A stretch of 64,000 bases of DNA from Candidatus Doudnabacteria bacterium (GCA_023245895.1 JAHFJJ010000001.1:7621-71620), one strand, 5' to 3'. Positions 1-8,808 are shown, numbered from the stretch's first letter. Numbers and translations are program-made. Notes: generated by a model not told the origin, from the letters alone.

Positions 1-1
1 C

Positions 2-838
2 ATTCCGCTGGTGTTTATAAATGTCCTTGACCTTGTCGGCGTAGGACAAGAAGGCGACGCAATCAGCGAAACCTATAAAAACTTATTAAAAGGTTTGGGT
101 GATGTAGTAAAACAGGCAAAAATTGTCGCGCTAAAAGGCGAGACGGCGCAAATGGGAATCTTTATTAATTCCGAAATAGCTGATTCCAAAACTAAATTCA
201 ACTGGTCCGGCACAATGATAGGCGCTTACCATCCGGATAAAATGATAACCGGAAAAACTTTACAGGAAGGTCAGGTAATTATCGCCCTTAAGGAAAACGG
301 CTTTAGGTGCAACGGCATAAGCAGCGTGCGCCAAGCTTTAAAAGAAAAATTTGGAAATGAATGGTATAAAAATCCTGAAGCCGCGGAAAGTCTTAAACAA
401 GCCGCCGCTCCTTCCGTGCTTTACGATATGTTAATAAATACTTTGCACGGCTGGTTTAACCCTCATTTTAAAGCCGAAATTACTATCCACTCTGTCATCC
501 ACCTTTCCGGCGGCGGCATAAAAGAAAAATTGGCAAAAGACGTTATTTTCCCCCGCGGACTTTCGGCTGAACTTACGGAACTTTGGGAGCCGCCCCAAAT
601 AATGAAAGAGTGCGCGGCCTGGCACAATATTAGCGATGAAGAGTTTTATGAAGTCTGGAACGGCGGGCAGGGGATGTTGCTTATTATAGATGAAAAAGAT
701 GTCGATTTGTGCTTAAAAAGAGCGGCCGAATTTTCAGTCCAGGCAAAAATTTGTGGTAAAATAACCAAGGAAACAAACCCGCAAGTATTAATATCTTCAC
801 AATTCACCAAAGGCAAAAGCATTATTTACGATGGATAA
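2..838 (+). CDS. purM: Phosphoribosylformylglycinamidine cyclo-ligase (AIR synthetase), C-terminal part; the 5' end lies outside the window
   Basis: The C-terminal domain matches the PurM pattern: LSGGGI glycine motif, FxW...G.....EE.Y..WN.GQGM....D, then a lysine-rich end. The ORF track starts at GTG 11, but the frame is open back to the window edge. It overlaps purC by 8 nt, as in an operon. Confidence 0.7.
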   Translation: MPLVFINVLDLVGVGQEGDAISETYKNLLKGLGDVVKQAKIVALKGETAQMGIFINSEIADSKTKFNWSGTMIGAYHPDKMITGKTLQEGQVIIALKENGFRCNGISSVRQALKEKFGNEWYKNPEAAESLKQAAAPSVLYDMLINTLHGWFNPHFKAEITIHSVIHLSGGGIKEKLAKDVIFPRGLSAELTELWEPPQIMKECAAWHNISDEEFYEVWNGGQGMLLIIDEKDVDLCLKRAAEFSVQAKICGKITKETNPQVLISSQFTKGKSIIYDG

Positions 839-1796
839 ATCTATAATTGAACAAAACATAAATAAGGTCATAGAAAAAACTGATTTCAAAAATTTGGGCG
901 AGCGCCGCCAGGGCAAGGTGCGCGACATTTACACCCAGCCTGACAAAATAATTTTGGTATCAACCGACAGGTATTCTGCTTTTGACAGGAATTTGGCGCT
1001 AGTCCCCTTCAAGGGCCAGGTGCTGACCCAAACCAGCAAATGGTGGTTTGAAAAGACGGCTGATATAATCCAAAACCATCTCATTAGTTCGCCGGACCCA
1101 AATGTGGTGGTGGTAAAAAAATGCAGCGTGATCCCAATCGAAATGGTTGTAAGGGGCTATATAACCGGCGTGACCGGAACCGCGCTTTGGACGCTTTACC
1201 AAAACGGCCAGAGGAATTTTGGGGATTTTGTTTTGCCGGACGGCATGAAAAAAAACCAAAAGTTAGACAAGCCTGTCCTAACCCCTACTACAAAATCCGA
1301 CGACCACGATGCGCCTCTCACCACCAAAGAAATACTTGAACAGCAAATAGTGCCGAAAGAATTGTGGAAACAACTCGCAGACACCGCTATAAAATTATTC
1401 ATCCGCGGACAGGAACTGGCCCTTAAACAGGGATTAATTTTGGTAGATACCAAATACGAATTCGGCTTGGACGAAAACGGCAAACTAATGTTGATAGACG
1501 AAATCCATACGCCGGATTCTTCCAGGTACTGGCAGGCTGATTCCTATCAAGCCCGCATAGACGCCGGCCAGGAACCGCAGAACTTTGACAAAGAATTCTT
1601 GCGCCTGTGGTTTAAAGCCAACTCCAACCCCTACGAAGACAAAGAACTCCCCAAAGCCCCGACGGACATGATTGTCGAGCTCTCCGCCCGATACATCCAA
1701 ATTTACGAACAAATTACCGGCCAGAAATTCGAGGCGGACTTAAATACCCCTGTTTTGCAAAGGATAGAAAAGAATTTAAAGAACTACCAGCTGTAA
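831..1796 (+). CDS. purC: SAICAR synthetase, long form of about 320 aa
   Basis: GKVRDIY...LVSTDRYSAFD is the classic SAICAR synthetase signature. The length fits the long eukaryote/Bacteroidetes-type form. It sits between purM and purB. Confidence 0.85.
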   Translation: MDKSIIEQNINKVIEKTDFKNLGERRQGKVRDIYTQPDKIILVSTDRYSAFDRNLALVPFKGQVLTQTSKWWFEKTADIIQNHLISSPDPNVVVVKKCSVIPIEMVVRGYITGVTGTALWTLYQNGQRNFGDFVLPDGMKKNQKLDKPVLTPTTKSDDHDAPLTTKEILEQQIVPKELWKQLADTAIKLFIRGQELALKQGLILVDTKYEFGLDENGKLMLIDEIHTPDSSRYWQADSYQARIDAGQEPQNFDKEFLRLWFKANSNPYEDKELPKAPTDMIVELSARYIQIYEQITGQKFEADLNTPVLQRIEKNLKNYQL

Positions 1797-1808
1797 ATAA
1801 GCTCCGGA

Positions 1809-1836
1809 GTGTAGCGTGCCCATTTATGGGCGATCT
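1809..1836. repeat. REP half-site gtgtagcgtgcccatttatgggcgatct, flanking the RAYT on the left
   Basis: Hairpin gccca-tttat-gggc. The same unit recurs at 3720, 8133, 8781 and 20927. It is the inverted partner of the unit at 2266-2291. Confidence 0.7.
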
Positions 1837-1847
1837 AAGATCTAAAT

Positions 1848-2261
1848 ATGGATGGAAGAAAAAAAATTAGGCTAAAGAATTATGACTACAAAAGTAACGG
1901 CTACTACTTTATTACAGCTGTTTCCAAATTAAGAGAAAATATATTTTTAGGCAAAGAATACTTAGTTGAGGTGGAACTAAAAGACCTGCAAAGTAAAACT
2001 CCCGGAGTAAATCTTGATTATTTCGTAATAATGCCGAACCATATTCATGCTATACTAATTTTACAAAATTGCGATTTGCATTTAGGAGAGATAATTAGAA
2101 GGCTTAAGGCCAAAGTATCGTATAGCTTCGGACAGAACGTTTGGCAAGCCAATTACTACGAGCATGTAATTAGAAATGAGACAGCACTTACAAAAATTAG
2201 AGAATATATCATTAACAATCCGCAAGAGCTTTTATTAAAATTCGATAATTTCTATAAATAA
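1848..2261 (+). CDS. IS200/IS605-family Y1 (HuH) transposase, REP-associated (RAYT-like)
   Basis: HuH motif MPNHIHAIL. A tyrosine-bearing C-terminal segment ANYYEHVIRNE. The 137 aa size is typical of TnpA(IS200). It is flanked at 12-40 nt on each side by inverted REP units. Confidence 0.8.
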   Translation: MDGRKKIRLKNYDYKSNGYYFITAVSKLRENIFLGKEYLVEVELKDLQSKTPGVNLDYFVIMPNHIHAILILQNCDLHLGEIIRRLKAKVSYSFGQNVWQANYYEHVIRNETALTKIREYIINNPQELLLKFDNFYK

Positions 2262-2265
2262 CTGG

Positions 2266-2291
2266 GACGCCGATAAATCGGCACGCTACAG
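2266..2291. repeat. REP half-site, right flank of the RAYT
   Basis: gacgccgataaatcggcacgctacag is the near reverse complement of the left unit, with compensating loop changes (cat/gat, ggg/cgg). Confidence 0.7.
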
Positions 2292-2340
2292 CTCCCCCCT
2301 CAAGGGGGAGAACGAAAAGTAAAAGTTAGATAATAATCCC

Positions 2341-3723
2341 ATGCCACTATCATCTATCAGTCCCATTGACGGCCGCTACGCCAAACAAACCAAACCGCTG
2401 GTTGAATTTTTCAGCGAACAGGCTTTAATGCGCTACCGCCTTATTGTTGAAGGCGAATATTTAATCGCGCTGTCGGAACTAAAACTCAAGCTTAGGAAAT
2501 TATCTGACAAAGAAAAAAAACTTATCCGCTCCCTTTATAAATTGCCAACAACCGATGCGCAAATTATTTCTGATATTGAACAGAAAGGCTACAAAAATAT
2601 CCCGGCAACCAACCACGACGTAAAAGCCGTGGAATACTTTTTAAAGTTAAAGCTGGAAAAAACTTCCCTAAAAAAAGTCTTGGAATGGGTGCATTTTGGC
2701 TTAACTTCTTACGATATAAATACTCCCGCCCGCGGCATGATGCTGGGCGATGCTTTGGAAGAAGTAATCTTGCCGAAAATTAATTTGGTAATCCAAAATA
2801 TTGAATCGTTAGCGAAAAAACATAAAAGCCTGCCCATGCTTTCGCGCACCCACGGCCAGCCTGCCTCCCCCACCACTTTTGGCAAGGAGATGGCTGTTTT
2901 TTCCACGAGATTAAAAAAACAATTGGCTGTTCTGAAAAATACAAAAATCTCGGTAAAACTCAGCGGCGCCACCGGCAACTTTAACGCCCATGTGGCGGCT
3001 TACCCAAAAGTTGACTGGATAAAATTTGCCAAAAATTTTATTAACAGCGCCAATAAAAACAGAATCCTCAAACTGGAATTAAATTTGCCCACTACCCAAA
3101 TAGACCCGCATGACAGCGAAGCGGAAATTTTTGACTGTTTGCGCCGTATGAACAGCATTTTAATTGGCTTTAACCAGGACATGTGGCGCTACATTAGCGA
3201 CGAGTGGGTTGGCCAAAAAGCCGTAAAAGGCGAAGTCGGCTCCTCTGCCATGCCGCATAAAATCAACCCCATAAATTTTGAAAACAGCGAAGGCAACTTA
3301 GGCCTGGCCAATGCTTTGTTAAACCATTTTTCGATGAAATTGCCAATCTCGCGACTGCAAAGGGATTTATCAGATTCCACAGTAGAAAGAAACTTTGGTT
3401 CAGCCCTGGCTTACAGCCTAATTGCTTACGAAAATTTACTAAAAGGACTGTCCCGAATTGAGGTAAATAAATTTAAGATGGCGCAAGATTTAAAAGCCCA
3501 TCCCGAAGTCATTGCCGAAGCCATTCAAACAGTCTTGCGCAGGGAAGGCGTAAAAATGCCTTACGAAAAACTTAAAGAACTTACTCGCGGCGAAAAAGTT
3601 ACGCTCAATGATATGCATAAGTTTGTTGATGGTTTAGATGTAAGCGATAAAGTTAAAAAAGAGCTAAAAAAGTTTACCCCGGAAAATTATACCGGATTAG
3701 CAAATAAACTGGCCTTGATGTAG
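2341..3723 (+). CDS. purB: Adenylosuccinate lyase
   Basis: Fumarate-lyase family signature GSSAMPHKINPINFENSEGN. N-terminal SPIDGRYA. 460 aa. Confidence 0.9.
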   Translation: MPLSSISPIDGRYAKQTKPLVEFFSEQALMRYRLIVEGEYLIALSELKLKLRKLSDKEKKLIRSLYKLPTTDAQIISDIEQKGYKNIPATNHDVKAVEYFLKLKLEKTSLKKVLEWVHFGLTSYDINTPARGMMLGDALEEVILPKINLVIQNIESLAKKHKSLPMLSRTHGQPASPTTFGKEMAVFSTRLKKQLAVLKNTKISVKLSGATGNFNAHVAAYPKVDWIKFAKNFINSANKNRILKLELNLPTTQIDPHDSEAEIFDCLRRMNSILIGFNQDMWRYISDEWVGQKAVKGEVGSSAMPHKINPINFENSEGNLGLANALLNHFSMKLPISRLQRDLSDSTVERNFGSALAYSLIAYENLLKGLSRIEVNKFKMAQDLKAHPEVIAEAIQTVLRREGVKMPYEKLKELTRGEKVTLNDMHKFVDGLDVSDKVKKELKKFTPENYTGLANKLALM

Positions 3724-3773
3724 CGTGCCCATTTATGGGCGATCTTAGACGCCGATAAATCGGCACGCTACAC
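3720..3773. repeat. REP doublet (two inverted units with a 3-nt spacer) overlapping the purB stop codon
   Basis: gtagcgtgcccatttatgggcgatct-tag-acgccgataaatcggcacgctacac. The TAG stop of purB is the TAG inside the terminal GTAG of the REP. Confidence 0.8.
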
Positions 3774-3775
3774 GA

Positions 3776-3808
3776 AACAACCCCGGCAAGCCGGGGTTGT
3801 TTTTTTAA
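3776..3808. terminator. Bidirectional rho-independent terminator between purB (+) and the DinB gene (-)
   Basis: aaacaaccccgg-caag-ccggggttgttttttt. A 10-bp GC-rich stem with a T-run on the plus strand and an A-run on the other side. Confidence 0.75.
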
Positions 3809-3815
3809 ATTTGTA

Positions 3816-4316
3816 TTAGTTAGCTTCAGCAGGCTTGTGCTCGCCGTCCCAGGGTTCATCCGCGCTCGGGCCGTAAATGGAAGGCACCAAACCTCCGGCC
3901 AAACGGATGTAAACGCTAAACTGGCCGCGGTGGTGAATGGAATCCATCATCATAAAACCAAACACATCCATAGCGCGGATTTTCATTCCCGCAAAATCCA
4001 CAATTTGGTTGGTTTGCTCTTCGCTCGCCGACTTTATGGCATCCATAGAAGCTTTGTGGTTTTTTTCCAGCAGCGTCAGAATTTCACCCATGGTGGCAGG
4101 GACTTTGTTGTCGTAAACCGAAAAATCTATTTTGCCGTTAAGCGCGTCTGTATTCACTCTTTCTTCCAGGGCAAAATTGTACGCCAGCTCGCCCGCGCTT
4201 TTGGATTTTTCGTGCGGTTTAAAGCTTAGCTTGTCTGCCGGAAAAGCCTTAAGCACGCGGACTGTAGTCTGGTACTCTCTTTCTTTGACATTTAAAAACA
4301 TTTCTTTTTCGTTCAT
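3816..4316 (-). CDS. DinB/YfiT-like (DinB_2) family protein
   Basis: Conserved HHRGQ histidine triad region. The C-terminal GPSADE tail is shared with the paralog at 29470-29970. Confidence 0.7.
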   Translation of the reverse strand: MNEKEMFLNVKEREYQTTVRVLKAFPADKLSFKPHEKSKSAGELAYNFALEERVNTDALNGKIDFSVYDNKVPATMGEILTLLEKNHKASMDAIKSASEEQTNQIVDFAGMKIRAMDVFGFMMMDSIHHRGQFSVYIRLAGGLVPSIYGPSADEPWDGEHKPAEAN

Positions 4317-4540
4317 AAATCTCCTTTAGTCGCCTATGAGCGATCTAATTAATTTTATCTGGATAGTTATTATATCACAAATTTTCCCTGCTAACTTTAG
4401 ACAAAATTTGGTAACATTTCACAACCCTGAGTAAAGTCATAAATTTGCCAGTATTTGATGGACACCTTCTCTGAATTTCTTAAAGATTTCCGAGAAGGTG
4501 CCCATCTGACTTGGTCCTTTGAACTGTTACAAATTTGCTA

Positions 4541-4569
4541 TTGACAATTGGGCGGGTTATGTGTATTAT
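4541..4569 (+). promoter_or_regulatory. Sigma-70-like promoter: TTGACA, 17-nt spacer, TATTAT
   Basis: TTGACA at 4541-4546 and TATTAT at 4564-4569, 68 nt upstream of ATG 4637. A GAGG Shine-Dalgarno sits 8 nt before the ATG. Confidence 0.5.
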
Positions 4570-4636
4570 TTGGATACCTGTGCAACATTTCTAGACAGGA
4601 TAATGTTCACGTTCCAAAACTCAAAGTGAGGAAAAT

Positions 4637-5074
4637 ATGTTGAAGATCAGACTCTTCCTGCCACTGTTGCTCGTCTTGATTATCGGGACGGCAACTTCCG
4701 CTTTCGCGAACACGAGCCCCCCTGAAGCGCTGACAGTGGACTCCGCGGCGGTTCTGAACCAACTCCAGGTCAACGGCACGGCGAGTTACGCCGCTGGCAT
4801 GGAGAATTCCCTTTATATATTTGCTGCTTCGAACAACGGCGCGTCCCCGGGTCACCTTTTGAACCTTACCCTGGCGAACGTCAACGCGAATAGCATGCCC
4901 GACATGAACCTGGCCAACGGCGCTTCGCCCGGCTTTAACATCATTACGATGGCGACGAATACGGCTCCACACGACATAGCCCAAAACGTCGCGGCGAATC
5001 TGCAAACCCTATCGCGGCACCAAGTGGAGGCCACCTCCTCCGCCACGGTGACGTTCGGCAACATCCAGGGCTAA
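4637..5074 (+). CDS. Secreted hypothetical protein with a signal peptide, Ala/Asn/Thr-rich; visibly higher GC than its flanks
   Basis: N-terminal MLKIRLFLPLLLVLIIGTATSAFA looks like a signal peptide. Codon usage is GC3-rich, unlike the neighbours. It has its own promoter and terminator. Confidence 0.5.
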   Translation: MLKIRLFLPLLLVLIIGTATSAFANTSPPEALTVDSAAVLNQLQVNGTASYAAGMENSLYIFAASNNGASPGHLLNLTLANVNANSMPDMNLANGASPGFNIITMATNTAPHDIAQNVAANLQTLSRHQVEATSSATVTFGNIQG

Positions 5075-5087
5075 CTGCGTAACGGCC

Positions 5088-5128
5088 TACGGCCCCTGTG
5101 CATGAGCATAGGGGCCGGTTTCTTTTTT
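5088..5128 (+). terminator. Rho-independent terminator
   Basis: cggcccctgtgcatgagcataggggccgg followed by tttcttttttt. Confidence 0.7.
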
Positions 5129-5159
5129 TACCACGCCAAATGGCGTGTTTTTTGTTGGG

Positions 5160-5170
5160 CATGGTATAAT
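5160..5170 (+). promoter_or_regulatory. Extended -10 element TGGTATAAT upstream of cyoA
   Basis: TGnTATAAT sits only about 12 nt before ATG 5182. That implies a very short leader, or another promoter further upstream. Confidence 0.3.
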
Positions 5171-5181
5171 GAAAATATCAA

Positions 5182-6072
5182 ATGACACGCCGAAACAAAA
5201 TAAAACTGGCTATTTTTATTGCCGTTGACGCCTTACTGGTGGGTTTTTCACTCTGGATGATGGCAAGGCCGGAGTTCCACTTTGGCAACTTTGCCGTACT
5301 CAACCCTAAGGGCATTATTGCGCTAAAGGAACGCGGGCTAATGTTTACATCTGTTTTGTTGATGCTGTTTGCCGTAGTCCCGGCATATTTTCTTTTATTT
5401 TACTTTTCTAAAAAATATAGCGCTAAAAATAATTCCCAAAACAAATATTCGCCAAATTTGGAAAGCAACCTAATTGGCGCGCTTATTTGGGTAGTCCCGA
5501 GTGTTGTTATTTTTATTATTGCGGGAATTATTTGGAAAAGTACCCACGACCTTGACCCATACAAACCCATTGAGTCAAACATAAGACCTTTAACAATACA
5601 GGTTGTGGCACTAAGATGGAAATGGCTGTTTATTTACCCGGAGCAAAACATTGCGACTGTAAATTTTATTGAGTTCCCAAAAGACACGCCTATTAATTTT
5701 GAACTAACTTCAGACGGACCAATGAGTACCTTTTGGATTCCCCAGTTAAGCGGCCAAACCTACGCTATGGCCGCTATGAGCACCAAACTCCACCTAATGG
5801 CAAACGACACCGGAGAATTCAACGGCTTGTCTTCGGAAATAAACGGACAGGGATACTCGGGGATGCGTTTTGTGGCTAAGGCTACATCACAAAATGATTT
5901 TGAAGCCTGGGTGGAATCCATAAAAAAATCCCCGGATATTCTCAACGAAGACCAATATAACGAACTCGAAAAACCGAGCGAAAATAATCCGCGGGCCTAT
6001 TATTCAATGGTGGAAGAAAGTTTGTATAATAACATTATGATGAAGTATATGATACCTGATAAAGCCAAATAG
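5182..6072 (+). CDS. cyoA: Cytochrome bo3 ubiquinol oxidase subunit II
   Basis: FWIPQLSGQTYAMAAMSTKLHLMANDTGEFNGLSSE...GYSGMRF matches the E. coli CyoA C-terminal domain. The CuA Cys/His ligand motif is absent, which marks a quinol oxidase rather than a cytochrome c oxidase. The N-terminus is lipoprotein-like. Confidence 0.85.
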   Translation: MTRRNKIKLAIFIAVDALLVGFSLWMMARPEFHFGNFAVLNPKGIIALKERGLMFTSVLLMLFAVVPAYFLLFYFSKKYSAKNNSQNKYSPNLESNLIGALIWVVPSVVIFIIAGIIWKSTHDLDPYKPIESNIRPLTIQVVALRWKWLFIYPEQNIATVNFIEFPKDTPINFELTSDGPMSTFWIPQLSGQTYAMAAMSTKLHLMANDTGEFNGLSSEINGQGYSGMRFVAKATSQNDFEAWVESIKKSPDILNEDQYNELEKPSENNPRAYYSMVEESLYNNIMMKYMIPDKAK

Positions 6073-8136
6073 ATGTCTCTACTTTTTGGAAAACTTACAT
6101 TAGCCGCCCTGCCCCACGAATGGTTCACCATCGCGGGAACGGTTTCAATGATGTTAGGCGGCCTTGGCGTTGCGCTTTTTTTGACCTACTACAAGCGCTG
6201 GAAATGGCTGTGGACAGAATGGCTGACATCTACCGACCCTAAAAGAATTGGCATTATGTATTTTGTGGTGGCTTCTTTAATGCTGGCCAGGGGCGCTCTG
6301 GACGCGGGCATGATATGGCTACAGCAGGCGCTTTCAGTGGGCAGCTCCCACGGCTACTTAAGCGCCGACCACTTCCAGCAAATTTTTACGGCCCACGGCG
6401 CAATAATGGTCTTTTTTGTTACCATGGGTTTTTTGTCCGGACTAATTAACTACATAATGCCCCTGCAAATTGGCGCGCGCGACGTGGCATCGCCTTTGCT
6501 TAACACTTTAAGCTTTTGGCTTTACGTTGCCGGCGCGGTTTTAATAAATTTGTTTTTCGTGTTCGGCGGGGAATTCGCGGCAACCGGATGGCTGTCCATT
6601 GCCCCGCTTTCGGGCATTGAGTTTTCCCCCGGCGTAGGCGTGGACTACTGGATATGGAGTTTGCAAATTTCCGGCTTGGGCAGTTTGCTTGCGGGCGTGA
6701 ACTTTATTGTCACCATTTTAAAAATGCGAGCGCCGGGCATGACTTTAATGCGCATGCCAATGTTCGTTTGGACATCCCTCTCCAGCATGGTGCTGGTAGT
6801 TTCTGTTTTTCCAATTTTGGCCATGACTTTAATCCTTTTAACTTTAGACCGCCAATTCGGTACGCATTTTTTTACCTCGGGTTTTGGCGGCAACCCCATG
6901 CTTTATACCAACCTTATTTGGTCGTGGGGGCATCCGGAAGTTTATATTTTAATGATACCCGCCTTTGGCGTTTACTCCGAAGTCGTATCTACCTTTAGCC
7001 AGAAAAAATTATTCAGCTACAAGTCTTTGGTTGTCGCGGCCATTCTAATTACTTTGCTTTCGGTTTTGGTCTGGCTTCATCACTTCTTTACCATGGGCGC
7101 GGGCGCTAATGTTAACGCCTTTTTCGGAATTATGACCGGCGTAATTGCGATTCCAACCGGCGTGCAGGTTTTTACCTGGCTGGCCACAATGTACAAAGGA
7201 AAAATTAACTTTAAACAGCCCATGCTCTGGTTTGTTGGCTTTATCTGCACCTTTACCTTGGGCGGAGTGGCCGGAGTCATGCTTGGAATTCCGGGGATTG
7301 ATTTTCAGGTGCACAACAGCCTGTTTTTGGTTGCCCACTTCCATACCATGGCCATAGGCGGAGCGCTGTTCGGGATTTTTTGCGGCATTACCTACTGGTT
7401 CCCCAAAATTACAGGTTTTATGCTAAACGAACGGCTTGGCAAATACGCCTTCTGGTCTTGGATAGTCGGCTTTTTTGTTTCCTTTATGCCGCTCTACATT
7501 TTAGGTTTTATGGGCGCGCCCAGGAGGCTTGACCACTACGATGCATCGTTGGGCTGGCAATGGTTGTTTATAGTCGCGGGTTTTGGATTTTTAATTATTT
7601 GCTTAGGCGCGGCTTTGCAGGTTTTACAAATTATAGTAAGCGTTATACAAAGAAAAGAAAGTATGGATGTTACCGGAGACCCCTGGAACGGTAGGACTTT
7701 GGAGTGGGCAACGTCTTCTCCTCCCCCTGTTTACAATTTTGCAATTATACCCGAAGTTAGGGATCGCGATGCTTTCTGGGATATGAAACAATACGCTGTC
7801 ATTGCGAGAAGTGCAGCCGACGAAGCAATCTTATCCGAGAGTAGATTGCCGCGCCCCTCGGATGCACTCGGGGCTCGCAATGACACACAAAAAATTACTT
7901 ACAAAGATATAGTGATGCCAAAAAACACCGCCATTGGCATCTACATTTCCGCCTGCACCTTCTTTTTTGGCTTTGCTTTTGTTTGGCACATTTGGTGGCT
8001 GGTTATTGCAAGTGCAATAGGCGCAATCGTATGCTTAATTGTCAGGTCGTTCGATGAAGAAACTGAATATGTTATTACTGCGGTGGAAGTTGAAAAAATA
8101 GAAAGCATAAATAAATCTTCTACGTTCCCGATGTAG
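6073..8136 (+). CDS. cyoB: Cytochrome bo3 ubiquinol oxidase subunit I, with an in-frame palindromic-element insertion near the C-terminus
   Basis: Haem-copper oxidase subunit I with 12 or more TM helices and the motifs WFFGHPEVYI-like (GHPEVYILMIPAFG) and HFHTMAIGG. The C-terminal IVMPKNTAIG...VWHIWWL matches the CyoB tail. An extra segment of about 27 aa is encoded by the repeat at 7798-7886. Confidence 0.9.
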   Translation: MSLLFGKLTLAALPHEWFTIAGTVSMMLGGLGVALFLTYYKRWKWLWTEWLTSTDPKRIGIMYFVVASLMLARGALDAGMIWLQQALSVGSSHGYLSADHFQQIFTAHGAIMVFFVTMGFLSGLINYIMPLQIGARDVASPLLNTLSFWLYVAGAVLINLFFVFGGEFAATGWLSIAPLSGIEFSPGVGVDYWIWSLQISGLGSLLAGVNFIVTILKMRAPGMTLMRMPMFVWTSLSSMVLVVSVFPILAMTLILLTLDRQFGTHFFTSGFGGNPMLYTNLIWSWGHPEVYILMIPAFGVYSEVVSTFSQKKLFSYKSLVVAAILITLLSVLVWLHHFFTMGAGANVNAFFGIMTGVIAIPTGVQVFTWLATMYKGKINFKQPMLWFVGFICTFTLGGVAGVMLGIPGIDFQVHNSLFLVAHFHTMAIGGALFGIFCGITYWFPKITGFMLNERLGKYAFWSWIVGFFVSFMPLYILGFMGAPRRLDHYDASLGWQWLFIVAGFGFLIICLGAALQVLQIIVSVIQRKESMDVTGDPWNGRTLEWATSSPPPVYNFAIIPEVRDRDAFWDMKQYAVIARSAADEAILSESRLPRPSDALGARNDTQKITYKDIVMPKNTAIGIYISACTFFFGFAFVWHIWWLVIASAIGAIVCLIVRSFDEETEYVITAVEVEKIESINKSSTFPM
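7798..7886. repeat. Palindromic element family B (gtcattgcgag...ctcgcaatgac) lying in frame inside cyoB
   Basis: Perfect 11-bp terminal inverted repeat, gtcattgcgag at 7798-7808 against ctcgcaatgac at 7874-7884, with nested internal stems. Near-identical to the intergenic copy at 25249-25324. It translates as AVIARSAADEAILSESRLPRPSDALGARNDT, which has no counterpart in E. coli CyoB. Confidence 0.75.
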
Positions 8137-8186
8137 TTAGCCCATTTATGGGCTGTCTATAACAGCTGATAAATCAGCTAACTACA
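8133..8186. repeat. REP doublet (variant) overlapping the cyoB stop codon
   Basis: gtagttagcccatttatgggctgtct-ataac-agctgataaatcagctaactac. The cyoB TAG stop is the GTAG of the REP. Confidence 0.75.
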
Positions 8187-8198
8187 AAACAACAAACT

Positions 8199-8786
8199 AT
8201 GCAAAAACCTGATTTACAAATAACCCAACACAATGACAGCAAAACCATCCTCGGATTTTGGGTCTATTTAATGACGGACTTAATTATGTTCGCTGTGCTG
8301 TTCGCGACTTACGCCGCGCTTAAAACCAGCACCTTTGGCGGCCCCGGCCCAAGCGAACTTTTCAGCCTAAACGGAGCTCTTGCTGAAACGTTGATATTAC
8401 TTACCAGCAGTTTTACCTGCGGACTGGCTATGCTCGCGGCGCATCGCCAAAATAAAAACCAAACCATTATTTGGTTTCTGGTTACACTGGCTCTTGGCCT
8501 AACTTTCCTTGGCCTGGAATTAAAAGAATTTTCACAGCTTATTGCCGAAGGCCATACCTGGCAAAAAAGCGCGTTCTTGTCATCATTCTTTGCGCTCGTC
8601 AGCACTCACGGTTTGCATATTGCAATTGGCTCGCTTTGGATAGTTGTCGCCATAAAACAAATTTACTCGCGCGGACTTACACCTTTTATTACTTCCAAAC
8701 TCACCCGCCTAAGCCTCTTCTGGCACTTTTTGGATATTGTCTGGATTTTTATTTTTACGATTGTTTATTTAATGGCGAAAGTGTAG
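8199..8786 (+). CDS. cyoC: Cytochrome bo3 ubiquinol oxidase subunit III
   Basis: 195 aa with 5 TM helices. HGLHIAIG and FWHFLDIVWIFIF are typical of subunit III. It sits in the cyoABCDE order. Confidence 0.85.
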   Translation: MQKPDLQITQHNDSKTILGFWVYLMTDLIMFAVLFATYAALKTSTFGGPGPSELFSLNGALAETLILLTSSFTCGLAMLAAHRQNKNQTIIWFLVTLALGLTFLGLELKEFSQLIAEGHTWQKSAFLSSFFALVSTHGLHIAIGSLWIVVAIKQIYSRGLTPFITSKLTRLSLFWHFLDIVWIFIFTIVYLMAKV

Positions 8787-8808
8787 CGTACCGATTTATC
8801 GGCGAACT
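8781..8808. repeat. Single REP unit overlapping the cyoC stop codon
   Basis: gtgtagcgtaccgatttatcggcgaact. The TAG stop of cyoC lies within its GTAG. Confidence 0.7.

Larger units (their letters stand above)
1809..2291 (+). mobile_element. REP-RAYT-REP unit inserted between purC and purB
   Basis: The left REP (1809-1836) and the right REP (2266-2291, gacgccgataaatcggcacgctacag) are in inverted orientation around the Y1 transposase gene. Confidence 0.65.

Noticed and set aside
6645-7357. Several 60-115 aa ORFs on both strands inside cyoB (6645-6899, 6654-6998, 7045-7344, 7080-7280, 7145-7357)
   Set aside because: They are embedded in the unambiguous haem-copper oxidase subunit I reading frame and are typical shadow ORFs.
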